From: Ophelia neglecta
Lineage: Eukaryota
Length of the DNA: 64,000 nucleotides
Direction of reading: 5' to 3'
Assembly: GCA_965285935.1 (NCBI GenBank)
Contig: OZ260663.1
Coordinates: 26,598,001-26,662,000, forward strand
Shown here: piece after piece, positions 37,205 to 48,930 of the stretch
Layout: each line of letters starts with the position of its first letter
Position numbering within the stretch: the stretch's first letter is position 1
Made by a program: the position numbers and the translations under genes
The notes under the pieces: model-generated
Told to the model about the DNA's origin: nothing
Databases searched by the model: none
The model's input: the letters and a program-made list of their open reading frames with translations, nothing else

Positions 37205-39689
37205 CAGGATTTCGAGACTGGATCACTAATATATAAGAATTTCTAGACCGGCGGAATTAATCCACTAGTGATTCAAGACCGTGGACTCCCGGATTAAAAT
37301 AAGGGTTAGTAAAGGGGTTCCGGGGGGGGGGGGGTTCCAACCAGGGGGCTCCCATGAGGTTCAGGGGAACTTTAAATATGTCCACGACAGCAGGTGCGTT
37401 CGTTAGAGGTCTGCGTGTACCTTTTTAATCTGAACCAAAGAGTTGCCGCCCCCGCCGATGAAGAGTATCTGAACCGCGTTTTTTCACTAGTTCGTTTTTT
37501 CGACGATTATCCTCCAAATAAGGTGAATCTTGATGTTATGTCCCCTAACAACATTGTGTTTTATTCACATAGTATGGCACATACAATTAACATGATCGGA
37601 ATATGCTCTTAAGCGAATCTACTAATAGTCAGAAATAGGGGAATGTCCTGAATTATAGAAAAATGTTAGGTACTCCAAGTAAAACTAAGAAAACGCCTGC
37701 CCGCATCACTTATAAAGAATAGTTCTGACGAGAACCTCAATTGCTTCTTTCGACCTCACTTGTACACCGGTATAAATAAGCTTATCCACTTACAAACATA
37801 TAGTTCAATTATCAGGCATTATTGGACGACATTTTAAAGAGACTTTGTAGAGTTTCAATTACATTATTTGAAACATTGGTCCGTGTTTGTGGCAGTTTGT
37901 GGGTATCGACGCTGCGACTGACACTATTTCGTATCGCAGTCGCTCCCTCGAGCGCAGAAGGCTGGCTACATAATTACCCAGGTCCTCCTGCGCGCAGTCT
38001 GAAGAACACTTGACGCGAATCATATCAAGCATTTATTTCTAAACAGTAGTGAAAATCGTTGAAATTGAAAACTTGAATTGACACACATTCTACAATTAGG
38101 GATTACGTGATCTGTGGAATAGTTTATTTCATACTTCTCTGTTCTGTGTTTTTAGCTCGGCTTGTTTTTTTTATCTCGGTAGTTTTTGGCGCGTCTGTAC
38201 GGAAGGTAGGCGAGAAGTTCTGAGGATACAGTCGGCTGTTCCTACACAGGCGCCGAAGGAGTATGAATTGAAGCAAAGAATAGTCACTGTGATTTGTGCA
38301 TTGTTGGGATAATACCCCAAGGGACTTCAAATAGCTGCCAAAGCAGAGAATGAGAGGCAAAGCAAGATAGTGAAAGCACAATGGGTGAGCACACTTATAT
38401 TATCAATACCCGACGTTAACTCTAAATATTTTGTTGAGTTTTTAGCTGGTAAGTCAACTCTGCTGAGATAACCCGCGGTACCTGCTTCTCTTATCTCCTT
38501 TCAACGGTTTACAACCGAGGAAAAAAATATACATCTGTCTTCAAGGGCGGAATACAGTTTAAATGCACGCCTGCGTATACTAACTTTACTTCGAATGTTT
38601 AGGATTTAATCAAATATATGCCCATTTAACTGTAATGATACGATTAGCTGCGTCTGCCTCGGGTATGTATTCAAAGTATGACTGGAGATTGATTGTTACT
38701 CACATAGATATACTCTCAGACCACTAACTGGGTTAATCTGTCAAATATTGTTTTTTAATTTTCATCACAGCTCGTGTCTCATTTGTATTGCGTTTGGCGT
38801 TATTGGGTTTCCCATCGGAACGCCAAACACACTGACCGAACTAGACTGCGAAACGAGGGTTTGTACCCCTCCTTGCCTGGCCCCTTGAATCTACTAGCAG
38901 CCTCTCACAGTTGTCCGAGGGATGTCTCCCCCCTCAGAAAGGTGTTAGAACTTAGCCCACAGAACCCCTTTCTGGTAGAAGCCAACCATCCCATACACAT
39001 ATCAGTATAGCAGACCCCATTTTGTCAACTATTATACATCCGCAAATAAGCAACAAATGTTCACTCGTGTTTTATGTTATATGCTAGTCTGGGCATATGC
39101 CAGCAGGTGGTTAATTACGAGACTAAAAACAGTGCCCCTTAAATTACATCAGCGGCTGGTGAATGTGCGCGCACTCTGGCTAAACCCGGTGATAGGAGTT
39201 CCTCGTTTTTGTTACCTGGACATGTACTGTCAACTCACACCGAGCTTATACCAGTCGAATATAGAAATGCTCTTATCTGTTGTAATAAGTGACCCGACCA
39301 ACACCACGTCTTAATTGATTGTAAGAGAGGCCTAATACATCCTAATGATGCAATAAATTCAAACTAAGTGTCAGATGTCAGTGCAGAGCCTCACGCAGGT
39401 CTCATTCATGTATCTGGCACATTTCCCTGACACAGGTCAATTGTAGGTTGACCTCATTAATCTTAAGGGGGGTCATGTTTTCATCACGCAAGTGCTATTT
39501 GACGATTGGAACGACATCTATAGGTACTTTTGGCGCACACTTTATTTCAGAACATACACTATAGTCTAGGGCGGCAGACATTGCACCGTTTCTACGCGGG
39601 ACAGCTCACGTTGGAGTTAATAGCTTTTTTTTATAAATTTAATAGGCACAAGTTAAGTCTGTCTTTCGGAAGGAAATATCTAGTGGCAC

Positions 39690-40570
39690 CGCATTTCCCA
39701 TGACTTTAAGGCCTACAATGATTATATCAGCTTGTTTCCCAGAGAAGGACGCTATAAACCAAGTTTTCCCCGTATAATATTTAGTCAACATAGCCATGTA
39801 ATGGCCGAAGGATATGCACTATAACACCTGTCATCAGTTTTTCGTTGTTCCACATCTATTTTTTTTTCAAGCGATGTGTAATAATATGTTACCGTTTGAA
39901 ATCTATCTGTACTCTTTTTCCCCGGAATGGGTAGCATATTCACATTCATGTATTTCCGAAGAAAAGGTATAAGTAGACCTACAGTAACTATGGCTATGTC
40001 ATGTCTCGCCATAGGTATTGAAGTATTAACCTTACCCGGCATTAGAAATGGACATAGCCCTTTATGTCCGAGGAACAGGAACCCAAATCGTGCATTCCCC
40101 CGAGCTAGCTATACCATACACCTCTGTATTTTCCCTTGATTGACTATTTTGCCCTGTATGACATATCAACAGGCTGTTTAGTCCTATATTTCCGTCGGAC
40201 AGGTAACGAAGTCTTTCATTTTCCGCCGGGACAAGAGAAGCTGTCGTTTTATTAAAGAGACAGGTTGCATTGCTGCTTATATCGCCCCAATTATGACCTT
40301 GTGTTTTGTCCGGGACGATTCCAAAGGCGATACTTGTATTTACGGATTTTCTCTCCCAAGGACAGAAGACAGACTATTTTCAGAGAGAGAAAAATGTGTC
40401 TGCAAGACATGTTTCATATCACATAAACCTGTGTGTGTTTCCCCCGGGAATAGTAACGTAGCGCTTTACAACCGCCGGTCCGGTAACCTATAGCGTCCGT
40501 GCAGAAAACGGCGCACTGCATGTCCCGGGAGGGACAGGTTTCATAGTTTTATTTCTCCTGAGAGATAATA
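39690..40570. repeat. Highly degenerate ~30-bp tandem repeat
   Basis: Recurrent TTTCC(C)CGGGA(C/A)AG(G)TAAC-like cores; approximate consensus TATTTCCCCCGGGACAGGTAACATAGCCCT, estimated by eye. Confidence 0.5.
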
Positions 40571-42169
40571 AAACATTTTCTTTTTCCGTATTGAAAACAT
40601 GGCATTATTCCAGAAAAACCTAACCTGCAATTTCCACCGCATGTGTTACGGGAGCTTGTCGTTTCCCAGGGTTCTGCTTTTCTGCCATAAATGCTACATA
40701 ACAGTACTTGTGCGTCGCACTTTCTAATGATTTTATGCCCACCGGACATATTTAAAGGTGTCTGTTCCGCGAGGTATTGATCAAAGCCTTGTATTTCCAT
40801 CCCAGCAGACACTGATCATGGTGACTGGTCTGACTAGTCAAAAAGTTGAATTTCTCCAAACGATTGACAAAGCTGTTCAACATTGCCTTAGACGTTGTCA
40901 CTGATTCTTCATACAAATACCAACTCCTTTTCATCACAGTCATTGCATCCAAACTGCATATCCTAGGTGAGGTCTCAGCGGATCATAGGAAGATCATTAA
41001 TCCCCGCCTTCCAGCCTTGTTCTGAAGCAGATGTCGCTCATTCCATGTTTTTACAATAGAACCTGCCGCATCTCCGTTCTTTTAACAGCATTATAGGAAA
41101 AGGTCAAATTGACTTCCATAAGAAAATTCTCAGAAGATAGCCACGTCTGTCTGCTATTCGCAGAGATATGTCATACGGACATGTTTATTTAGTCCATCGT
41201 AAAAGCTCCTAAGAACAGTTTAATTACGCTGATCATTACCTCGTTAGCTCTATGATTTGACTCGCACTATTTAGTTACTACGCATTGAATCTGATCATAA
41301 TTGTGTTTTGGTCAGAGCCCAGATGAGGCGCGACTGCTTGCCGCTCCCGAGGGCTGCCGCTAAAAAGAAAGGTCAAATTCGCACGCGCCTCTATGACGAT
41401 TTGAAATGTGATAGGCCAACGAGAATGTATGTGTCTGGAGAGAGGGTGTTATTTTCAGTGTTAGATTACGTTCTAGCTGGTTCTATGGACCATGGAGTAT
41501 GTTAATGTCATATTCTTGTGCTGTGACAAATCAATTATTTGTTTATATTTATTTCCTATCTTACAGTATAGTTATGAAGCTAGCTTGATATTGATATGTG
41601 TTGATATGCAGCTGATGTTTCCTTGTTAATTCAGAGCAAATAGATTGCTAATTCCTGACTAATTATTTTGGATTCCTTCTGGCTGTCCTTTGTCGCATGT
41701 TAGGTGTGATCACGTGTGATCACGTGTGAATACTAGGCTCACTCTAAACAGATTGTGTTAGGCCTACCAGTTAATTGTTTTTGAGGATAGGCCTATTGCC
41801 GCTCTCTGCAATACCGATGAGCACTGATATCAATACTATTGAACCCCGTCCATGGCACTTCCTCTAGTAGTACTAACCCAGCCAGCACCAGGCGAAGTGA
41901 CGTCTAAGTTTAAGTGGCGATCACGTTTGATAATGCAGCCATAAGCCACTGATTGTGGACATGACGTGCGTAATACGTGGACCAACTCCACCGAAGATCC
42001 TGAAGGTAACAGCCTGTCTAACTCAAACTAAGTCATGCTTTTCAATCATCGAGGCACAGCTTATGTTTCGAAATATCCCCGATATATTTGTAATAAGTCT
42101 TGCTCGTAGCTAGTCCGATTGGACACGGCTTTCCCCCCCCCGCTTTAACATGCAGATAGCCTCATCCCG

Positions 42170-42770
42170 AAAGCATGACCGAAATCCTCTTCACAAGCCC
42201 GGGGACACCCTCCCACATTGTTCCATGTTCCAAGTGTCATCTTTGCTTTGATTTGTCTTTGTATGAATGTCAAAACCGCAAATCCAGAACTTGGACACTG
42301 GACATATTTACTGCGTTCCTTTCTTATTATCTTTATTCTTATCACATTGGATTATCCAATGTATGTCACATTACAATAGCAGTGATTTGAACCAAACACC
42401 TCCCATAGACCAATGATTAATTGCTAGTCCCTTCAGAAAGTCTTCATTGTGACCCCAGCACGCTGCCTTTTCACAATCGAAGCAAGCCCGTAATATTGGT
42501 GTATGAGAAGCACGTGTATATGAGGAAGTTCTTTATATGCCACGTGCTTGCAAGTTTACAAGTTTATTAGAGTTTGGGACTTGCCTATTGAAGTGGGTGG
42601 GCCTGTGGCTGCTGGTTACTGAGGATTTGGGACCGATTAAACGAACTACTCTTTGTCAATGATCATTTCTCATTGTCTGTCGGGTATCCTGTTTCTTAAT
42701 TATGGGCTGTCCAACCATCAACCACAACATTGCTCCTGATGATGGCCCAGGTGTTCAGGTTTCTAAAAAA
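42170..42770 (+). mobile_element. Penelope-like element 3' fossil (Cys linker, GIY-YIG, hammerhead remnant)
   Basis: VPCSKCHLC (PCxxCxxC linker), YSYHIGLSNVC..TKHL and CWLLRIWDRLNE (WIxxL..GLN-like), then CCTGATGATGGCCC at 42735. Confidence 0.4.
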
Positions 42771-43337
42771 TAAAGAACACACAGACTTCCAACAGGTCAT
42801 ATGCTCTCACCTAGACTATTGTAAGTATACAGGGTTAGTAAACATTTGTGTTTTTATTCCATGCTCTCGATTTATTGCCACATAAAGACTATATACATAA
42901 TAAATGTAATAAATAGTCAAAGTATCATGTTATAAATAATTCATCAAATCGTTAGAAAATCCTGTAACGGTCTAGGTCTAGTATAGACTGTAAGCAAATA
43001 ACTTGCAAACCTTCTTTTACGGATTGGTATGTTATGAAAACAACTTTAGTAAACACCTGTTTCTAATAAATACATATTCAGATAGGACAAAAATAATCCC
43101 ATCTTTCTGAACAATACCAGGTCTCTAACCAGAATGTCTTTAATTTCAATGCATATCTGACGCCTCCGGTATGTAGACGATATTACAGCGTGACTAATCA
43201 ATGTACTTTTCTCAGTGAATTGTCAATGCCACCAAACTATCTATAATATCTACTCTTGTAGCTTGCACGTGGCATGTAAAGTACTTCCTATTATACACGT
43301 GTTTCCTTTACACTAGTGTTTTTTCGGGTCTGGCTAG
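42482..43337. repeat. Pair of ~80-bp inverted repeats (42482-42562 and 43254-43337), each with two CACGTG boxes
   Basis: AAGCACGTGTATATGAGGAAGTTCTTTATATGCCACGTGC versus the reverse complement of the second arm, AAACACGTGTATAATAGGAAGTACTTTACATGCCACGTGC. Confidence 0.8.
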
Positions 43338-43706
43338 TCCAATTGAGCAGAACATAATTTTATCCTTTACTTAAAGTTTATTACTAAGCGTGACAGTCTG
43401 TCAGAATATTTCCTGTGTGATAATACGGGTCTGGATTACAATTGAGATATAACATTAAACCATTGGAACGAGAGGTTTTTATGTTCTTAGTGCAACTAAC
43501 GCTTTTATAACAGCAATAAAGTCTGAAAATCTATATTCCATGAGATTATTCAGGAACTTCCTAAACTTTGTATATATGTCTTTTTAAACTGTACCACCAG
43601 GACGAGGATAGGATTTGACATTGCTGAAACAACGGGATTGAATACACGAAAGACACAATGTAGTCATTTTTTAGGAATAAACCATTAACTCCGTCCGAAT
43701 ACAGGA

Positions 43707-44232
43707 GGAACTGTCGGCTATCAAGAACCATATGTTATCAGAAACCGTCTATTATCAGGAACAGTCTATTATCAGGAACCGTCCGTTATTAAGAACCATC
43801 CATAATCAGGGACTGTTATCAGAAACCGGCCATTCTCAGGAACCATCACATGCCAGGTACTGGTCATTATCAGGAACAGTCTATTATGTGGAACCGTCAC
43901 TATCAGGAACTGCCCATTATCAGAAACCGTCCATTATTAGGGACCATTGGACCCGGCTGTTTTCGGGACTTGTCTAATATAAGGAACCTTCTTCTATTAG
44001 AAACCATCCATTATCAGGAACTGTCAGTTACCAGGAACTATCCATTTTTTTAGGAACTGTTCGTTATCAGGAACTTTCCGTTATCCAGAACAGTTCATTA
44101 TCAGGAACAGCCCATTATTAGGATATCCATTATCAGGAACCGTCCGTTATCAGGAACGATAAGTTACCAGCAACTATCTGTTATCAGAAACTGTCCATTA
44201 TAAAGAATCTTGAGAACCATCTTTATCCGGAA
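43707..44232. repeat. 17-bp minisatellite, about 30 imperfect copies
   Basis: Consensus TTATCAGGAACCGTCCA repeated head to tail; accounts for the repetitive ORFs at 43732 and 43850. Confidence 0.92.
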
Positions 44233-44989
44233 GCTTCTGTTAAACAGCTTCTGTTATGTTCAGGCATTCGCGATCGTTAAAACAACAGTGTCTTCAATCA
44301 AGCTGCACAGTTATGCCTGAACGAGGGTCAACCCGGAAGTTTGCAAAATTAAGTAGTATTGGCGAATACTACTAGGTTGTGGTATCATGGATACTGGGAT
44401 TTGGAGCCGGTCTGCAAATGAATATATCTCTCATAAGTGGTGACTTGCAGATGCACTAGAACTAAGTGGCACTCATTTTCACCCTCATTGTAGCATTCTT
44501 GAGTATGGCGTTATAGTAAATATTGGAAAGTTTGAAGATGCACTGTAAATCAAGTTCTTGGGACACTTAACAAAATCGGTTTTGTGGTCTCTAGTTGAGT
44601 ATCGACGAATCCAACATAAGTGCAGCGTTTAAACAGTTCTCGTTTTGTTATGATACATGGCGAATGATCAATGAGGAGAAAGTAACTTTAATACGAACTA
44701 CTGTTTTATCACTTTTCCTTTTTTTATAAGGCGGAGCGGAGGGAAGGGAGGGGAGGCTTGTGTGGTATACACACTAGATTATTGTAGCATGTTATCGGCC
44801 TGCAATTCAACTTACAAAGAACATTAATAATAATAGAAACATAAATGGAAAAAGAATTAAAAGGTGATAGCATTTGGGCTAAGAAGTAGTCAATACTTTT
44901 ACGTCAGTGAAACTATGAAACGAGTCAGTGATCAAGCTAAAGCGAATGTATATTGGATATATTCTAGTGTCATGGAAGGGTGATCTTCA

Positions 44990-45720
44990 GACTTGGTTCA
45001 ACTGGTTATTACCTATGTATTAGTGGGTTTCAAAATATCAATCTTAACCTGCGAGGCTCTTAAGCATAGATCAGCAATGCTGAAAACAGGAATACATGTC
45101 TCGCTAAATGCAGACTTAAAAGTGATGTATGATTATCTTGCAAATGTCTCAAGTAATGTATGCACGACACCTGCTGAAAAATAGGAATATTGCCATTTAA
45201 GAATTGGAAGTTTACTTTGAAAAGGGAAATCAACTCCTTTTTTAAACATTGAATTCAGATGTCTCTTTTTCTTGGGGGATCAAGTTTCTTACTGAGAACT
45301 ATCCTCGGGGCTTTCAGTGATATATTTGAAGTCTACAAAGTGGATAGTGTTGATATATGTACCTACCATATCCTTTGAAGTGTCGTTTATATACTGAAAT
45401 CCGACAAAAATGTTCTGGTTATGGGCATCAAGGGATTTCTACACAATATACATCATTATTTTCCTATGATGTTTGTTGGTGAGGGCAATGGGAAACACAC
45501 TTCTCAACTGCTTACATATATATACTATTATGGAGTAAGGCATGAGACATTTTTTTGGTAACAAGCTCTAGACCAAAAGTGTCATTCCATATTTTGATAT
45601 GAATATTTGGTAGAATTCCTCATCCTTTAAAACAGCTTTAATCTTACAAAGACCAGTATTGTTCTCTTGCTTTGCAATAATTGCGCTATAAGCTCCTTAA
45701 GTAAAAATATATACGCAAAC
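44990..45720 (-). mobile_element. Penelope-like RT fossil of the YDKRDDF type (probably Naiad/Chlamys-like)
   Basis: FKKGVDFPF, frameshift, then VNFQFLNGNIP..SAGVVHTLLETFAR, matching YDKRDDFxFxIVNFPFLxGxxP..YGVYISQLIRFAR. Upstream are KQLRSVFPI..MMY and FKGYGRYI. Confidence 0.65.
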
Positions 45721-48589
45721 CAGTATAGACCCTCCGCAATTTCTCGTCATCCTCTGTTTGGAAGTTGGAGTTTGTTTAGGGCTGTGGCTGTTGGTTCTTG
45801 ATCGGTTTAAGATTTTTCCACTCATTGTGATACGCTGTTGAAATGACACATTGCTAGTCATATCGTATTTTTCATTTAAATTTGGTTTTGCACTTATTCT
45901 GGACGCATCATTAGCAGCATGTGGAGGGGGGGGGGGGGGTAGAAGCCCAAAAATGCTTCTCTTCGTGTTTCTGACCTGCTCTTATTTTTCACACGTATCT
46001 AAAGACAAAATTTTCGTCCACCAAAACAAACCTAAAATGTTCTAGCACAGAGACGCGAGTAAATTTGCGTCACAAATTATCTTGAATAGCCTTAGACAAC
46101 ATTCCATTTCAACCATAAATGATCCTAGGATTAAAAAATCAATAAGGACACTAAATTCAATCATGACACTGCCAACCATTCAAAAAGTCTTCTTATGCTA
46201 ATTAATATCAAGACATTCCAGGCGACCGCTATGTCGAGAATGTAGTTTAAGGCTCTGAATCGGGACCACAAACGGATTTATCTCAGATTTTCTCTCCCCC
46301 CCCCCCTCCCATCCATTTTCCTAATGCTCTGTCCCTTGTGTCTGAACAATGGTAATATAAACCGCACAGATGCCCATTATTACTAAGTAGTTCAGACTCA
46401 GTGTGTTGATTTTTTGTTACTTATTTTGTCGTCTCTGACGGTATTCAATCTCCTTTTATTTAAGAGTACTTGATACGGGTTACTAGCACTGAGAGAGAAA
46501 AGAATGTTATTCAAGGCACTATCGTACACTTCAGTGTGTATACTACATCTGTTCAATAAGTATCTGATGTAAGCAACTTGCATGTATGCAGCGTTTACGT
46601 AAATAGAACACCTGACCCATAAGTAAATAATTAACTATACCGAGAGTTGAATTGCATCGTAGAGGAGTCGACTTTTAAAAACAAACCACATTTTGAGACT
46701 TATATTGTAGTCGGACATCGCAAAGTTTAATGTATAACATCGACTGGTTATATATGTATACATGTTTATAACGTACAACCCGCCAGGCTGCTACTCTATC
46801 CCTGCATTTATAGCTGAAAGCATCCCAATACCCTGGAGAGTTGATACCAGCTGTTGAATAATTATCACAATGACTTGTGCTACTGGTGAACGATGCAGTG
46901 ATTAGTTGGAAATATATGTCACAGATTTTCACACCTTGCCAACTTAGCAGGTAGCAAGGATAGGTCAATGTGGACTCTTAACAAGATACGAGTTTCTAAA
47001 CAGATTATCTTGTAGCATTAGATTCGTTAACCAAAAAGTTGTTCGGTGGTTTCGCTACACATCCCTCGGCTGAAATTGGGGACTAAAAATCAACACGGTT
47101 ATTATGTTTGAAACTGGGACCAAATTAATATCTCTCGATATACGCTGATTATATATATTCCATGCGTGTGGTATTCACTGTCGAAATATACAATAAGTAG
47201 ACATGGGATCCGTATTTACAAAATGAAGTTCAAACAAAAGATTAGCTTTACTAGCACATGTGTATAAGCACACAAGTATTTTTGTTTTGGGGTAAAATTA
47301 CAATTCGATGTGCAGTTTCGCCATAAGTCATAGGGAAACAAGTCAGGTCCCGGCGCTTTATCACCTTATAACATTTAAGCCATTAGCAACCCTATCAACT
47401 TGAGATGTAATCTGCTTGTTTGTTATGACCATTGAACCTCGACAACATACCTCAACCCTTATAATTGAATGACGAAATGTTATCCGGCACCGACAACTCG
47501 TGTGCACAAAATATAGTGTATTTAACTTTCCTGCTGGCATATGTTACATATTAATGCCGTAAAGGCGACAGTAATAGAAAGTTGACGCTTAAAAGGTAGA
47601 TATAGGCATATAAAGGACATTTGTGATAGAAACAATGGTGATAGAGTTGTGTGCCTCTGTTGTGTACTCACATAGATATTGCACCAATTTATCCAATTAT
47701 CACAAAGGTTTTACCCTGAGGACTTGCGAAATCCTATTAATGATTCCATCAGGCTTATGGACAGTCAGTATATGATCGATTGATCCAGTTCGGACTGTCC
47801 TTTTGTACTTTTTTTGTTCTCATTGTTTTAACACCTACGCAGTAAAGACTCCATTTGCTTGATTGATCGATATCGTTTATCCTAGAGCTTGATGCAATAA
47901 GCGTCTCCACCATACTGGTATACCATAGAATGTTGCAGGCGAATGTGTTCAGTCACTAAAAGCGGCACTGGTTCATAAATTTAACATCATAGTGCACAAT
48001 CGAGTACAGCTTATCTCTCTGTTACTATTCATTACTCATTATATGATCATTGGAAAGCCTGCATCGTTTAGCGCCCGTAGTGCACTGTACATTTAGCTTG
48101 TTAATGTACGTGTTATCTCCGAGGCATCACTATAAACTTATATAAAGGTCCGGATAAATCAAACCAGTGCGTTGTTCCCAACAAGAATATGAAACTTAGG
48201 CCCTTGTAATCTGAAATAAACGAGTTTTTTAATCGACCAAACTGTAGAACAGTGTATTATCTCTCCCCCCCCCCCTGCTTAGTCTTATATCGTTCTCAAT
48301 ATTCGGCTGAACTTCCATTTCTTTTGTATTTCAAAGACCACTTACTTTTATGGTTTTGAGCTACATATAAGTATACGCTGCCATTGTATTTCACTATGCT
48401 CAAACCACCTTACATCCCAGTTTGTTTTTTCACAGTATTTAACAAGAACTTTAACAAGTACGTTTTGACATTCGATGAAGTAATGAGTCCAAGTTGACTA
48501 TTATTCTGCTGTAGCTTTATTTCTTATCAAAATTAGCACGTGATGGAGTATTTTTAAGCCAAAAACCGCAGTAGTAATTGTGTCTAGAC

Positions 48590-48930
48590 CAATGTAATGA
48601 CACTGGGTAGTGTTTCGGCCTGCAATAAAAACGTAGAAACCTTCGTGTCAATGGACACTTATGATTTGGGCTAACGCACTTTGAAATTCTCTAGCATGAG
48701 TTACGGCATCATCTTCAAATTGGTTCACACTCCTTTCTGGCCAACATGATTATCTCAAAGAATCGCCTCGCATGAAGGCAACATTTCGTTAGAGTAAACT
48801 AGCACATTTGTAAAAAGTTTGCACATATTTTCCGTCTTACTTGTTCTGATTGTCTCGATAGGTCATGTTGACATATTATACAAGGGCATTTTTCAGTACT
48901 ATGCTGTCATTGAAGTCAGAATGTAAAACA
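48590..48930 (-). mobile_element. Penelope-like element 3' fossil with hammerhead remnant
   Basis: KNALV*YV and EAIL..VNQFEDDAVTH resemble KSAxxEH ... EAIxI..NRDEG..SH. Followed by ACGAAGGTTT...AGGCCGAAAC. Confidence 0.5.

Noticed and set aside
43732-44053. Repetitive ORFs / CRISPR-like array
   Set aside because: Head-to-tail 17-bp minisatellite with no unique spacers and no cas genes.
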